64,000 nucleotides of DNA. Source: Eledone cirrhosa (taxonomy: Eukaryota). The stretch is taken from assembly GCA_964016885.1 (NCBI GenBank), contig OZ024762.1, positions 24,490,001 to 24,554,000 of the forward strand. Direction: 5' to 3'. Shown in pieces: positions 25,113 through 41,472 of this stretch; the stretch's first letter is position 1, and every line of letters starts with the position of its first letter. Both the position numbers and the translations under genes were made by a program. Below the pieces are notes generated by a model. It was given only the letters and a program-made list of their open reading frames with translations. It searched no databases and was not told the DNA's origin.

Positions 25113-26863
25113 GTTTAAAAATAAAAAGGAAGTAGGATGAGGCAGAACCAGCTTTGTCCGGTTCGATACAATATGTCTCATACCTTATATGGTATGCTTT
25201 TACCTCCCCACCTCCTTTGGTTGACATTGATCATTTCACTCTTTCATGGGAAGAGTTTGAAAAAATAAGTACCAGTAATGTACTGGTGTCAACATAATCG
25301 ACTATAATCCCTCATCTTATCTCATACATAGACAAAAAGGAATTGAATTATAAATCATTGCCTATACTCTTTTACCTGTACCAGCCATCTGGCTGAGGCC
25401 ATTTTGGGGCACTTGATCCTTGTGTGTCTGATAGACTTAACCCATTACGTAGTCTAACACTACCACTTGAACTTTGTTATCCAATAGACTTAATTCATCA
25501 CTTAGTCTAACATCACTTGATCATTGAGCATCTGATAGGCTTAATCCAGCACTCAGTCTAACACCACCAGTTGATCCTTGAGTGTCTGATACACTTAATC
25601 CGTCGCTCAATCTAACACCACCACTTTATCGTTGTGTGTCTGATCGATCAACAAAATCCCTGGACTTTGTCAAATCAGACCAAGGAACTTTTGTTTACAA
25701 TGGTCCTTCATTGCTGATACTATCTACTGGTTGCAACTCCTGGCAGAAGGAGCAATGTGAAATAAAGTGTCTTGCTCATAGACACAACGTATCACCCAGT
25801 CTGAGAATTGAACTAGCAATCTCATGATTGTGTGAATTCAACTGTCTAACCACTAAGCCATGAGTGTTCAGCAATATTTATCTCCACCCTATGCTCAATA
25901 TATACAGCATTGTTCTTCTTATGTTGAAAATCTTAACTCTTTAGCATTTACATTATTCTATATATAGTATTGTATTTTCACAGTAAAGGCTTTACCTTAC
26001 ATAAATATCTCACATAATATCGAATCTATGAGATTTTGATATTATTTATTTTGAGAACAATACCTTAACATAAGTATGAGTAGCCAGGTACAGCCAGTTT
26101 GTACAGAAAGAGGTGAGAGAATTCTGGCTAGTTGTGACTAAAGGGTTAGATAAAATAATACTTTTTTTACGGGTACAATTTTATACATGTTTATATATGT
26201 CTGTCTGTCTCATTTCTTCCCTATCTCTCCTCTCTCTTTCCCTTTTCGTCTCTCTTTCTCTTTCTTCCTATCATTTGATATTTAAAAAAAAATGTTTTTC
26301 TTATAATAATTGTTGTGCAGTCTTAAAGAATTTTTGCCAATGATATTAAATTATTAGTTTGTGTTGTTGTTATTGTTGTTATGCATTGCTCTTTAATAGT
26401 ATACATATCTAGAGAGTTTAAAGTTTAAGGGTATATATATTTAAAAAATATTCATGTATGTGTAATTATTATTATTTTTCTAAGTCTTTTCACTTTTAAC
26501 TTACACAAATTATTTTGCTCTGCTCTAAATATGTAAAAAAAGAAAAAAAAATCAACAACAATAAAAAACAACGAACCAAAAACCCCCACATAATTTAAAC
26601 AATGCTTAATTATGTTTCGTTAACACTAATTATGTCATCGTTAACAATATGCTTGAGATATAAATTATGAATGTGATTATACATATATATAGTGTTGTAA
26701 TATTGTCTCCCCTTTAAAATTTAAGTAACTCCAATTAAACTCGTTAAAACTAAACCAAAATTTAGGATTAGGTGAAAATCTTTATTTTCGTATTTGCGTT
26801 TGTCGTGTGTGTTTGTGTGTACACACATACACACACCAATTTATATTTACATATATGTATGTA

Positions 26864-26915
<52 letters not shown>

Positions 26916-26934
26916 CATATATGTATGTGTGTGA

Positions 26935-26982
<48 letters not shown>

Positions 26983-27826
26983 GCATACACACAAACATGT
27001 TTGTGTACATGTATATATGTATATACACACATACACATCACATATGTCTGTGTATACATATAGAAAGATGCCTACACAGACCTACTTAAACCCTCTACTG
27101 TCCCAATGTTAAATGGTCACAGACGTGGTGAAATGGTTAATAACTTTGCTTCAAAATCATTAAGTTAAGGGTTTGACGTTGCTCCATTTACCTTGAGGAC
27201 CCTTCACAAATTCTCCCTGCTTAACCCTCTTGCTGGGGTATTTTTTATGAAATATACTGCATTTGAATTAGATTAAATGGCAGCTTTGTCATAATATTAA
27301 TATGTTTGTCTCCATTTTGGTTATGTCAAACTTACAATTGATTGTGGAATACTCGGCCGCATAGACTCGAATATGATATAGGTTAGGTTAACATTGTGTG
27401 TGCTTTTGATTCCAGAGTTGGGCCTGATCGATACAGATCAAACCATGGGCTAATCAATGGAGAAATGCGCGTCACTACTCAATAAACGTAATGAAGACAT
27501 AACAAATCGTCCTTTTATTATTATATAGGTATATTATCTCTCTCTCACTATATATATATATATATATCTATATATATAATGATGATTTATAGATAGATTT
27601 CTTTATTAGCCACAAGGGCGCAACAAGAAAGGGGACAATACAAAGACATGCCGGGGATTTTACATACAGTCGTGTAAAAAATATAAAAACAAACAATTTC
27701 AATAATCGAAATCCCCAATAGGGGGGAGGCGCCACAAATGGGTTGTTTAATACCCCGTCGATAGAATGATGATTTATAGATAGATAGATAGATAGATATG
27801 TGTAAATGTGTGTATAAATATATGCA

Positions 27827-27857
<31 letters not shown>

Positions 27858-28039
27858 GTATATATATGTATATATAATAAGTTGATGGAACTAGCATAGG
27901 TAACAGTGCTAGGAGCGGTTGCATCTCAGCGTACTCAATAGGTAATGTTAAATAAACTCCCAGAGTACACACATAGTTATTCGCTTTGATACAGTGCACA
28001 TAAATGGGTACCTTCAATATATATATGTGTGTGTGTATA

Positions 28040-28081
<42 letters not shown>

Positions 28082-28215
28082 CATATATAAAATGTTGATT
28101 GGTTTGCTTACTTTTTATTTGGTATATATATATTTGGTATATATATATATATATATTTGGTATATATATATATATTTGATATATATATATATATTTGGTA
28201 TATATATATATATTT

Positions 28216-28251
<36 letters not shown>

Positions 28252-28288
28252 GTATATATATATATATTTGGTATATATATATATATTT

Positions 28289-28338
<50 letters not shown>

Positions 28339-28873
28339 GTATATATATATATATATATTTATTTAAAACTGTTACATATTCACATGCATAGTCATATATA
28401 TACACATCTAGATATGTCATCCATATCTAGGGATGCAAGTCTTACTTTACCATATATTCAAGATTTACTGTCCTTAGATTTATTGCACTCAACACATGCA
28501 GTGCTGCATTACTCTTTATGCATCAGCTGCATGTGCACATGGATGAATAAGTATTTTATGTTCATGTTTATGCATGCATGACATACATTCATATCCAGAT
28601 ACTTTTGTATGAATATTAATGTATATGTGTATATGTATCTGTGCGTGTGCGTGTATATATGTGTGTGTGTGTCTATGAGATTAGCTATAATTTTGGGAGT
28701 ATTAGCTATAATTTTGTATACACAGACATATTCATGTGTAGAAAGAAATGCCCTGGTTTATATATATATATATATATATATATAAAGTTTCAGTAAACAC
28801 GACAACCTCCCTAGTGTTGGTGAACTTTATGATAAATGCACCCAGTACACTCTGTAAAGCAGCTGGTGTAATG

Positions 28874-28905
<32 letters not shown>

Positions 28906-29048
28906 GTTCTTTGCTTTTGCTGAAGCTAGGTATGTGACTTTAGTCACTACATTAAATTCATAGCCAAAGGCGTTCAAAATGTTTTAAAATAAACTATTAT
29001 TAAATACACAATACATACATTCATATATATATATATATATATATATAT

Positions 29049-29150
29049 AAATGACTTCTACAGGATTAGAACTGTTTCATTTTTATGAAATCTTTAGGAA
29101 AGTCCTGATCTCATTCAAATGAAACAGTTCTAGTCCTGTAGAAGTTATTT
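29049..29150. repeat. Inverted-repeat element; related copy at 45737-45882
   Basis: aaatgacttctacagga...tcctgtagaagttattt; both copies lie next to (TA)n and are followed by ttaacagtggtcac. Confidence 0.75.
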
Positions 29151-29522
29151 CTATATAGAGTAAAGATGCCTTTACTCTACTAACTTATTGAGTACTTTTA
29201 TTAACAGTGGTCACCTCACAATATTCATTGGGAATCCACCTATTCTATAAATATATTCCACAGTCAGGTGTTTCTATAATGTAGGTCTCAAATGCTATTT
29301 GGGTGACCCAATGTGACAGCTTCATCTTTCAGTTAGAAGTATAGTCCATCTTGAATGCTGCCCATGTATCCAAATTCACTCACAAGGATTATGTTAATCC
29401 AAACCTATGGTAAAGATAATTGCTCAAGGTGCCATGAAGTGGGATTGAACCTGTGACTTTTTGTAAATTTTGAAATGAAATTCTTAACCACACAACCATG
29501 TCTTCGTCCTTAATACATCGAC

Positions 29523-29566
<44 letters not shown>

Positions 29567-29645
29567 GTAATGTATATATTTGTGTATATACATATATATA
29601 TATCTATGTATATTATATATAATATATATATATATATCTGTGTGT

Positions 29646-29676
<31 letters not shown>

Positions 29677-29680
29677 TATA

Positions 29681-29718
<38 letters not shown>

Positions 29719-30459
29719 TGCTTAGTAAAAAAAAAAAGATATTGTGAACCTGTCCTTGAATATACAAATACACCTTTGAAATTATGCAATTATGCAAGCA
29801 AGCAAGAAATCTATAGCATCTGTAGATATGGCTTTGGTGATGCTGAGATTTATATATATACATATATAGTCATATGTATATATATATGTATTTCTCTCTT
29901 CTTTTTTTTTAATATGTATATAATTTCACTCAATTTGCAGTGTTTGCACGTCTACACTTTGATATGCACAGTAAGATAGCATGGGCATTTTTTTATTTGA
30001 ATTTTTGATTTTGGAAAGAAAACAAAAAAAAAAATCTCTCTAAACCTTCCCGCCCCCTTCCTCTTTTTTAACAGTTATTTTTTATCTATCTATACATAGA
30101 ATATAAATAATATAATATAATCTCATATAATATACATAGAATATACAATACAATATAATATGATATATAATATGATATATATAATATGATATATAATATG
30201 GAATTACTTCAATGATATATAATATACATAAAATATATAATATATGATATATAATATACATAGAAAATAAAAAATATGATATTATATAATAAACATAGAA
30301 TATATAATATGGTATGATATAATATTGTATAATAGGTGAATTAGTAAAGAGAAGTTGCGAATTAATCACTGCTTTTAAAATTCATAGCTAGGCTAGGCTA
30401 CAAAAATGTTTATTTACATGAAGAATATTTTGTATATAATTTAATATACAACCAGAAAA

Positions 30460-30522
<63 letters not shown>

Positions 30523-30601
30523 AGAATATAAGTATATATATATATATATAAGAATATAAGTATATATATATATATAAATATATATATATATGAATATAAG
30601 A

Positions 30602-30664
<63 letters not shown>

Positions 30665-30989
30665 TATAAGTAAATGTATATATATATATATATATATATA
30701 GTATAGATATATAAATATAAATATATTTATATATATATAAATATATATATGAATATATATATATAAAACAAAAATTGTAGAAATTATATCAAACATATAC
30801 CCAGGTAAAAATAGCAATTTTCAAATGTCTATATATGGTATGTATGTTAAATGTAAAAATAGATAAACAAAAATTTAATTAATTATATAAATAAATTAGA
30901 AGTCTGTTATATTGTAAATCTCTAGGTATATCTCTAAAATCTTACATTTTTTTCATATTATAATTTTATTGATTGTATATATCTATATA

Positions 30990-31026
<37 letters not shown>

Positions 31027-31146
31027 ATATAATATAATTCGAAAATACAGGGAAAGAATTCATATATAAATAGATGGAAAATTTGGAAAAAAAAACATTT
31101 ATATATAACCTATTCTTATTTAATTAGGTCTGTATCTGTGAGTGAG

Positions 31147-31182
<36 letters not shown>

Positions 31183-32310
31183 GTGATAAAATTAATGAAT
31201 AAAAAAAAAATACCCCAAAATGCAAGAAATGTTGTGGTATTATAACAATAACTTGATTAATAATATCTTAGTTAGTATTAATAGAGATAATATTTGTGAT
31301 AATAATAATACTAATTATTATTATTTATTATTATTTACATATGATTATTATTATCATTATTGTTATTATTATTATTGCCAGATTTGTTAGATCATTTGGC
31401 GTTATTCCTTCTAGCACTTTGCATTCTGAGCTCAATTTACCTCTGTATCCCTCCAGGGTCAGTAAAATAGAATACCAGTCATGTAGTGGGGTTAATATGA
31501 TTGACTTTCCCCTTCTCTTAAAATATGTGGCTCAGTGGCTAAATTAGAAACCATTATTATATTTTTCTCCATATTATTTAATATAATATTACCTGTTATT
31601 TATCAAGCGTATAATGTATTAGGCTTTCTTCATACATTTATCCACTATTTCGGCCCTGTCTGACATGTGCTTGCTGTCTTCGAGAAGAAAATAAGATAAT
31701 TAAAATTATCATATACAGTGCTTGGGTGCACTACAACTTATCAAAGGTGCATGTATAGTATATAGAATAATATACAACTCTTCTGCACCCCTGGTCTACA
31801 AATTTTCTGAACCAGTGAAGCTCTTTAACTGTAGCCACTTAACATAATCTCCTTGTAAGAAAACAATAATGCTATGACACCATTCCATAATAATATTTTT
31901 CAAGAATTGTGAAGTAAAAAAAATTACAAATTAAATTATTACAATTGGAACTAAGAGCAACTGAAACCTCTGCAGCTATTTTGAATCTATTTTTCTAAGG
32001 AATAGATTGATGGTGTTTCAAGATATTTCGTGAAATCTAGAAACAAGAATCCAGTTGTAGTGGCTTTCTTAATTTCTAACTTTATATACTGGTATAAAAT
32101 ATGTTGAAACAACTGAAATCTCAGGCTTGAACGGCTCTTCCAGTGCATCTCCTTCACCATTCTCTGGGTAAACGCCATCTCTATTCCGTCCACTGGGGCT
32201 GCAGGGAGGTCAGTCTGCCAAGGCTGCTTGGCAACCAGCACGTGGGCCTCCATTGGTCACTATAGTGAGAGATGGAGGCTATGACAGTGATTCTTTTCTG
32301 TTCGGACCTG

Positions 32311-32352
<42 letters not shown>

Positions 32353-33110
32353 TTCACACACACACACACATAAGGTACATTAGCTGTTCTTCAACAACAG
32401 TTACAACAACAATAGCAACTATAACAATAGTTATAATGTTATCACTGCCATTGTAACTTAACCCTTCCATTACCATATTTCTAATGAATTACACTGTATT
32501 TCAATTAATTCATTAAGAATTTGGGGGCATTTACTAAAGTTATTAATTATTTCATTACAATGGGATTTGTAAGATGGCTAATGTGTCTTATACGGAATTA
32601 TATAAGAAAGGTTTCATTTAATTAGGAACTCTTGAAAATAGGTTTCTTAGAGCCAGAATTGGTTTGGGGAATATTGATATTTCAATAAAGAAATATTAGT
32701 TGGGTAATTGGGGGTGGGTTTGTATTTGAAAAGGGGTTTGAAATACATTCATTTTCAATAGATTTTCATTTTTCTCTAACAAATTATTGTAAGCATTATA
32801 TCTTTGATGTTAGTTATGAGGTTGGGGGATTTTTTTTTCTCTTAAGAACAAAAATTTAGATGATAGAAAATAGCAGAATACAGGGACCTTTCATGTTACT
32901 CTACTTTGCATTTTCAAAATTCAATCACCATTAATATTCTTTTCTTTACCTGAGGTACGAGATCTAAAAAAAAAAATTAAAAAATAGGTTTTCATTTCTT
33001 ATTAAACCAATGAATAAACATAAGATATTGTTTTTGTTTTTGAACTCCCCAATCTTATCAGTATTAATGTATTGTATTCAAAAGAATTCCTAGCTTTATA
33101 AAAGAAACGA

Positions 33111-33162
<52 letters not shown>

Positions 33163-33243
33163 GTGTGTTTAATGGTAGCTATGGTGCTTCCATAGGCGGT
33201 ATGCCAAAATTAGCACTCAATATTCATACAGAGCAGAGTGTGG

Positions 33244-33546
33244 ATAGTATAAATAAACGAAAAATCAGTGATTCGTCTGGACCCAGTTTATTGCGTGTTA
33301 CAATTGTTTCACCGGCAGGTAGCTCGAGACATGGCCCCTGTATGGATCTGGCTGATTCTACGGCTGCAGATTCCTTTGGACACAAAGAAAATTTGCTCCG
33401 AACGAATTGCATGTGTCTGAAGGAATCTGCAGCCGTAGAATCAGCCAGATCCATACAGGGGCCATGTCTCGAGCTACCTGCCGGCGAAACAATTGTAATA
33501 CGCAATAAACTGAGTCCAGATGCATCACTGATTTTTCGTTTTTTTA

Positions 33547-33552
<6 letters not shown>
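33244..33552. repeat. Inverted repeat (arms about 140 bp, loop about 27 nt) between (TA)n tracts
   Basis: Mirror ORFs 33165+ / 33224-; near-perfect arm complementarity. Confidence 0.92.
33406..33506 (+). ncRNA. Hammerhead-like motif with variant core (CTGAAGG) and extended stem II
   Basis: Stem I ATTGC..GTGT/ATACGCAAT; CTGAAGG at 33417; GAAA at 33486; perfect palindrome ACAATTGT as stem III; GUA triplet. Confidence 0.5.
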
Positions 33553-33606
<54 letters not shown>

Positions 33607-33993
33607 GCATACACAACACACACATTAAAAAAGTGACCTTTCTTAGACATTAATAAGAGGTCATTAGCGCCTGAAGAAAGGTCACATTTTTTATGCCTAT
33701 TGTTATATATATATATATGTATGTATATATATATATATATATATGTATATACATGTATGTATATACATGTGTGTGTATATATATGTATGTGTATATATAT
33801 ATATGTATGTGTATCTATATTTATATATATATGTATCTATCTATCTATATATATATATATAGATAGATACATATATATATTTGTGTATATATATATATAC
33901 ATTACTCCGGAGTAACCAAACCAACCTGCGCACTTCGTCGAGTGCTCCAGCCTGCATACTGAGGTGTTGGTATACAACCAACATATACTCAAA

Positions 33994-34035
<42 letters not shown>

Positions 34036-34276
34036 TATATTTATAAATATACATATATATATGTGTGTGTATATATATATATATATATGAAGTACAGGTG
34101 GCCCAGATAGATTATATAACTGGATAGTCTTTTATCATATACAAAAAAAAAAACAAAGCAAAATCATTACAACAAAAATCAGAAGTATTTAGATATATAG
34201 ATATCCCGTTTTCCTGTCCTATTAAAAAAAGAAGTCAACTTTATATAAATAATGTTTTTTTAATAGAAATATTGCA

Positions 34277-34315
<39 letters not shown>

Positions 34316-34640
34316 TCATACAGAGAGAGAGAGAAAGAGATGTTGATATTAAAATAGACATAGAAAAGTAGACTGTTTCAGGATGAAAAATAATAGAAGC
34401 AATTTTAATATACCTCATGTTTCAGTTGGCTTCTGTCTTTCTAGAAAGTATTTTAATTGAAACACACATGCATACAAAAATAATATTAAAAAGGTGATAT
34501 CAAAAACTGAATATTTTACTAAAAGTGAAAGCATTATAATGGTAGATAGAGAGTTTATTGTGCACAGCAGGGGATATTTACTGTCTGAAGGTTTTTACCT
34601 TAAATATCCCTAAATGGCTTGAACTATACATTAACATATG

Positions 34641-34695
<55 letters not shown>

Positions 34696-36497
34696 ATGTG
34701 TATGTATACATGTGTACATATATCTATATATATATATATATATAAATGTGTGTGTATGTATGTATATATGTATGCATATGTATATATACATGTGTACATA
34801 TATATGTATGCATATTTATATATAAATATATATATATATAATTACATTGTATATATAATTACATTAATAGTAAATCAGAATGTGAATAATTAAACACTAT
34901 ATTGTAGAAAAGTAAGTAATGAATTAAAATAATTTATTATTATTGTTATTATTATTATTATTATTATTATAAATTTTCAGTGCAGTCCTTGCCTTATTGT
35001 GTGTTGTTTGGATGTTTGAGTGCAATGTAAAGATTAAAAATATGTAACGTTTTAAATCCAATAAGTTTACTTCTTATTCTTAACATTACAAGATAACTAC
35101 AAAATTGAAAAATTTTGGACAAAATTTAGTTCCAGAATTTAGTTTGGCAGAATCTTTAGGCCATCTGGTTGTATGCTTCAGGACTTTATTTACCTAATGG
35201 CTCTATGAGTTCAAATTTGAATGAGGCCAAACTTACCGTAGGACTTAATTTGGGTAATGGTACTCTGAGTTCAAATTTTACCTTTCATCTTTTTGAAGTT
35301 GATAAATGAAGTTACACATTAGAGCATGGACGGGGTGCTTTTTACTGTGATCCCAAGTACATGTACTAATAGCTGATAGTATGGTCCCAAGTTTAACCCT
35401 ATACCATTTACATTACTCTATATTTACTATTGTATTTTCATAGTAAACACTTTATCTCACATAATATTGAATCTATGAGATTTTGATATTATTTATTTTG
35501 AGAACAATACCTTAACATCAGTGTGAGCGGCCAGTTACAGCCAGTTTGAACAGAAAGAGGTTAGAGAATACTGGCCGGATACGGCCCATTTAAATGCTAA
35601 AGGGTGAAAGTAGCACTAGGTCTATTTCATTGTTTGATCTGTAGATTATTGTTGCTATTGAATATCCATCAATATCTACCTTTGATCAAGGGGACTTGTA
35701 CCTAGTTTGACCTACTATAAATAGCAGCTAAATATTTCTCTCTTAAATTGCAATCTTTCTAAATATACAAAGCCACTGGTTAGTTATGGCTGAAATATCT
35801 TAAATCCTTTGGAGACGACAGGGCTGATTTATTGGCCTTATAATACAAGCCTTGAGATTAGCTGGCTGGTCTTCGTACCTGCCAATCAGATTGCTTCTTG
35901 CACATCTGGGCCTTTCAATGGCAGCTTCCATGATAGATTGGTGTGTTCTGTGATTTATCTATCATGCACTTTATTTTTTTATAATGTTTCTTTGAAAATA
36001 AGTGCATGCCCTCTGTAGGGCTTGTGAAAAGGGTTCCGTCTCTAAAGGATTATAAAAGGGTTGATGTGGGACTAATCTGTAGTACTTTGTTCTGCAAACA
36101 AACGAGAGCTTTTACAGTATTGTTTGTTTGATCTGCTATCAATAGCAGTAAAATCTCTCTCACTTTCTCTCAAATTCACTAGGTGGTCATGTGTGAATTG
36201 TTGATTCAAGTCTGAACTGGGGTTAAAAAAAAAACAAGACAAACGACCACACTAAGTCAAGCCATGTCTGCACTGAATTTCTTCATTCATTCTCTTGGTT
36301 ATTATTTTAGTGAAATAGTGAAATGTATATAATAGATTAAGGTACTGTTAGTTTACGTGGGGTTTGGTTTATTAATGCTGCAGTGTTTTATGAGTTTCAT
36401 GAATTATAGTCGTCAGGCCTGCTAAGACTCGAAATTCACTACATTCATCTGTTTATATCTATATATATAAATATATATATATAAAAACACATGTTCA

Positions 36498-36578
<81 letters not shown>

Positions 36579-36913
36579 AGATAAAAATCTTTTTGAATAA
36601 TCCCAACAGCTTTTATAAAAAATCCAGTTAAAAAATTTAGAAGTAGACTTAGGAATGATGAAAATAAATAAAATAGGTTTAAATCTGAAAAATAATGAAG
36701 CAATAGTCTTTAAAAATCTTACTTTAAATACTTAAAATAAATTTTTAACTATTTCTTACAAATCAATTTTCTTTCCTCTTTTTTTTTTACCATATATATA
36801 TATATATATGCATATATATATGTGTATATATATATATATATAATATATATATTAAATTTTTTTTTTTTTTTTGAATGTGTGTCTTCTAAAACTGCTGTGA
36901 TTTCTAAACTTAG

Positions 36914-36974
36914 GTGAACAATGCCACTGCCCGTGTTATGACCAAAAAAGCCGTTAACCCCGCAATTCCAAATG
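36914..36974 (+). CDS. RBFOX: RBFOX exon, end of RRM (VNNATARVMTKKAVNPAIPN+G)
   Basis: ttag acceptor, gtaagg donor; VNNATARVMT is the conserved RBFOX continuation after RKIE; phase 0 in, phase 1 out. Confidence 0.96.
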
Positions 36975-37989
36975 GTAAGGTACCGTTTTGTTCTTGTCTC
37001 TTTGACGAGCAGAACAGAACAGCACATAAAGCAAGCAGCAATTTTTAATAAGAAAGAAAACGCAAACAAACAAAAAAAATACAAAAACAACAACTACAAA
37101 AATATTTGGAAAAATTGGAGGTGGGATGGAATACAAAAAAAAAACAACAAACAATTAATTATTTCATTATACAAAATCCCAAAACACAATTATTTCCAAC
37201 TCTTCCCCTTACCTACCCCCTACACAAATGAAAAATTCATGGGGCCGAACAACCAGTCAACAAATCCTTATTTGAGTTTTAATAACCCCGACCCTTTTTT
37301 TCACCCTCCTTGGTTTTCAATTTTTTCCCCCCCATACCTGTATTTTTCACTCGATCCCACTCCAAACTTTTTAAAAACACACAAACGACGACCTATTCTT
37401 ATGAAACCATTCCATTCACTAATATCAATTTCTTCTCCTCCCGACCCAATTCTTGCTGAATCTTTTAAATATAATTCTATTTATATTTATCATATACTTT
37501 TTATTTTTAATTAAGTACTTATTTTTTTCTTCCCATTAGTATATATTTCCTTTTAAGGTCATGTAGTCAAATATTTAAACTATTCGAGTTGTCTTGGAAA
37601 CATTCTAATTAATATTCTATTTATTAATTAAACAATAATTTTATTTATTAATTAAACAACAATTACTGAATTCCTATTTAGTAATTTTTTGCTAATTGTA
37701 ACTAAAATCCGTAGGGTTTAATAAACCTAAAACTATTTTTACTTTGCAAATTAAATCTTACTGCAAAATCTTTTAATATGAATGTAATGTGTTTGATAAC
37801 ATTCCTGTTTCAAATTAATAAGAGTCATAAGCCAAAAGAATAATTATAATAGGACAAAGGGAGCAGATATGTCAGGGGGTCTTTGAATTTCTAGTATATC
37901 TATAAACAAACAATAACTGCACAGGCACCAACTCCTTGAATCACATCTGATCCAGCTCACTAGTTTAGGAATGTAATATATATATATGT

Positions 37990-38090
<101 letters not shown>

Positions 38091-38331
38091 TATGTATGCA
38101 TATATATATATGCATATGTATGCGTATATATGCATATGTATGCGTATATATATGTATGCATACGTACGCATATATATGTATGTATACATATATATATATA
38201 TGTATGTGTGTATTTATGCATATATAAGTATGTATGTATATACATATATATATATATGTGTATATATATATATATTTTATGTATATGTATGCATATATAT
38301 GTATTTATACATATGTATATGTATGCACACA

Positions 38332-38365
<34 letters not shown>

Positions 38366-38817
38366 GTCAGAATCAAGGAGTGTACAACTAGTATATAATT
38401 GTTTCTACTTTTGGCACAAGGCCAGCAATTCACCAGTAGGTTACTGGTACTTTATACAACTAGTACATAATAAACACTTAGTTTATAACTTCTAGTCAAA
38501 CTTATCTATTTAGTATTTAAAGTCAGGCATTACATAAGCACCTGAGAATCTCTCTTAGTATATTTTATTGTGTATTGATATGTGTGTGTTTGTGTATGTA
38601 TAAATATATGCTTGATTAAAATTCTTGACTATACAAACTTTCAGCTAATTAATTAATTGAGAAATTAATTAATTAATTTTAAAAAATATTTTCATTGCAT
38701 CAAATATCTTTTGTAGCTTTTCATTTTCGTTACTAAATTGAAAATTATCCTTTCTTTTTGTTTGTGTTTGTTTGTGCTTGTGACCATATATGGCATATAT
38801 ATTCAATATATGTGTGC

Positions 38818-38895
<78 letters not shown>

Positions 38896-38900
38896 TTATA

Positions 38901-38986
<86 letters not shown>

Positions 38987-40614
38987 TATTTATTTATATA
39001 TATATATTTATATATATATATTTATTTATATATATATATATATATATTTATTTATATATATATTTATTTATATATATATTTATTTATATATATATATATA
39101 TATTTATTTATATATATATTTATTTATATATATATTTATATATATATATATACATGTATATTTGTATGTATATATATGGCATATAAATTATACAATATGT
39201 ATACGCACATATGTTTGTATGTATGTATATACTTTTGTATGTCCTCAGCAACCCAAGTGATATTTGGTGCTATCGAAAAGTTTTACTGTATTAAATTGCA
39301 TGTTTGTATAGTTATGAATTGAATGCTGCATATTTATATACATATCTTCATAATATACACACTACATACACACAAACATATACACACCTGCCTTATTTAG
39401 TTATTAATCATGCTCAATGGCTGAAAAATATAGCTAAATTTTTGAATTGTAATGTCTAATTTTTCTACCAATTTAAAAATCATTCTTTTTTTTTTTAACA
39501 TAAATATTATAATTATTATTATTTTATCATTGTGAATTGGCATTTATCAGTAGTGTGTCAGACAACATGCTTTGTGGCATAGAGTTACTTCACTTTACTT
39601 TCTGAGTTCAAATCCTGTCAAGGTTAGCTTTGCCTTTCATTCTTCTGATGTTGATAAAATAATGTACCAGTAAAATAGTCAATTAACGCTTCCTCCTTAA
39701 TTGCTGGCTGTGTGTCAAATTTAGAAAACAATATTATTGTATTACCAAAGAAGTGTTTATCAAGTCACTATAGCAACCAGCTTTCCTTTGCATTTAGCTT
39801 CTACCTTCAATTTCAAATGGAAAGTTTTTGCAACTTAGATCTGTTTATATCCAACTAAGTTGGTAATGTAAGGTCCCGTAACTCTTGATAGAATCGTAGG
39901 GGTACCATATTGACATACAGCAATTCTTGGCCATTTTAAGCCTGGCAAAGGCCATCCATCTTCAGGCCTGGGGACTGCAGATTTCTTCCAGAGAAAGAGA
40001 GGAAATGAGAAAGCGTTATAGAGGAAAAATTGGCCTCAGTACTAAACTGGTATTTTTTTATTGACCTCGAAAGGATGAAAGGCAATGTTGACTTTGGTGG
40101 GATTTGAACTCAGTGAGCAGAGAGCCGGAACGAATACCGCAAAGCATTCTATCCAATGTTCTAATGACTCTACCAATTAACTGCCTATTATATGTGTATA
40201 TTATATTCTATAACCACATAACACATGGCTAATGCTCATATGATTAGATTGGACAAAGAAAACAATGTTTCCATTGGTCTTTTCATTGTTGATTCTTTAT
40301 GCCAGTCGCAATTCTTGGCGTTTATGCATGTGTGTATTGCCAATTGCATAACTATAGCAATGATTAATTTTTCATAACTTTTGCAGAAATTTAAATCAAA
40401 CATCATAGGGTTAAAACGGCATGTACCTTTTAATTTTCTCTTAAATAAAATATCTATCATATGTGAAAAGAAAAGAGTGGTGCTCTTCCTAAAGCTAAGT
40501 GCTATTTAAAACCCATACATAAATACATATATATATAGTCCAAGGAAACACAAATAGAAGTACAAAAAGTCTTGTTACTTTCACACTTTATATGGGAAAG
40601 GGAAAATAAAGTTT

Positions 40615-40642
40615 GACGTTTCGGTCTTTAGCCCTTCTTCAG
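40615..40642 (-). ncRNA. Degenerate minimal hammerhead core, related to 17449-17484
   Basis: Reverse complement CTGAAGA-A-GGGC taaa GACC-GAAA-CG-TC; stem I does not pair. Confidence 0.5.
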
Positions 40643-41274
40643 GAGTAAAAAAATAGAGACAGGATCACAAAGGATTGATACAGAAAATAAAAGGTAGACT
40701 AAGTATATATATATATTTATATATATATACCCTCAAGGCACACACATACATATATACATATGTGTGTGTTATTAGAATGGCACTTGACTAGATAAATATA
40801 TAGATACTCATATAAAATAAGCAAAAATTGTAATATTAAATTTACATTAACTAAGTTCATTTTTAACTTAAAAAAAAAACAACGAAGAATTAAAGTAAAT
40901 TATTTCAAAATTTTCATTTTTAATACTCCTAAATGAAGTGGGTATACCAGGTGGTTGTGGCAGTTAGATTTTAGCTTTTATATATAATAAAATACAATAT
41001 AGTATATGGTATTTCATAATACATAGAAAGAAGATCTATAAGATAAAATCAATAAAATTAAATTATAAATATAATTTTTTTTTCTAAATTTGTTTATTCT
41101 TTTAATTAATTATTAATATTTATTATATTTATCTGAATGATTTTTTTTTTTTTTGCTAATCTGACAAAACTATGTAAATGTATTTATCTCTCTGACTAAC
41201 AAAATTTTATTTAATATTCTACCGACCAATTTTATATATATATATATGGTGTATATGTATGTATATATATATAT

Positions 41275-41322
<48 letters not shown>

Positions 41323-41346
41323 TTATATATATATATATAAATTTAT

Positions 41347-41383
<37 letters not shown>

Positions 41384-41410
41384 AATTTATATATATATAT
41401 ATAAATTTAT

Positions 41411-41472
<62 letters not shown>

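Noticed and set aside
28505-28580. Cluster of TGCATG mid-intron
   Set aside because: Several kb from any identified exon, in TG/CA-rich low-complexity sequence where the hexamer arises often by chance
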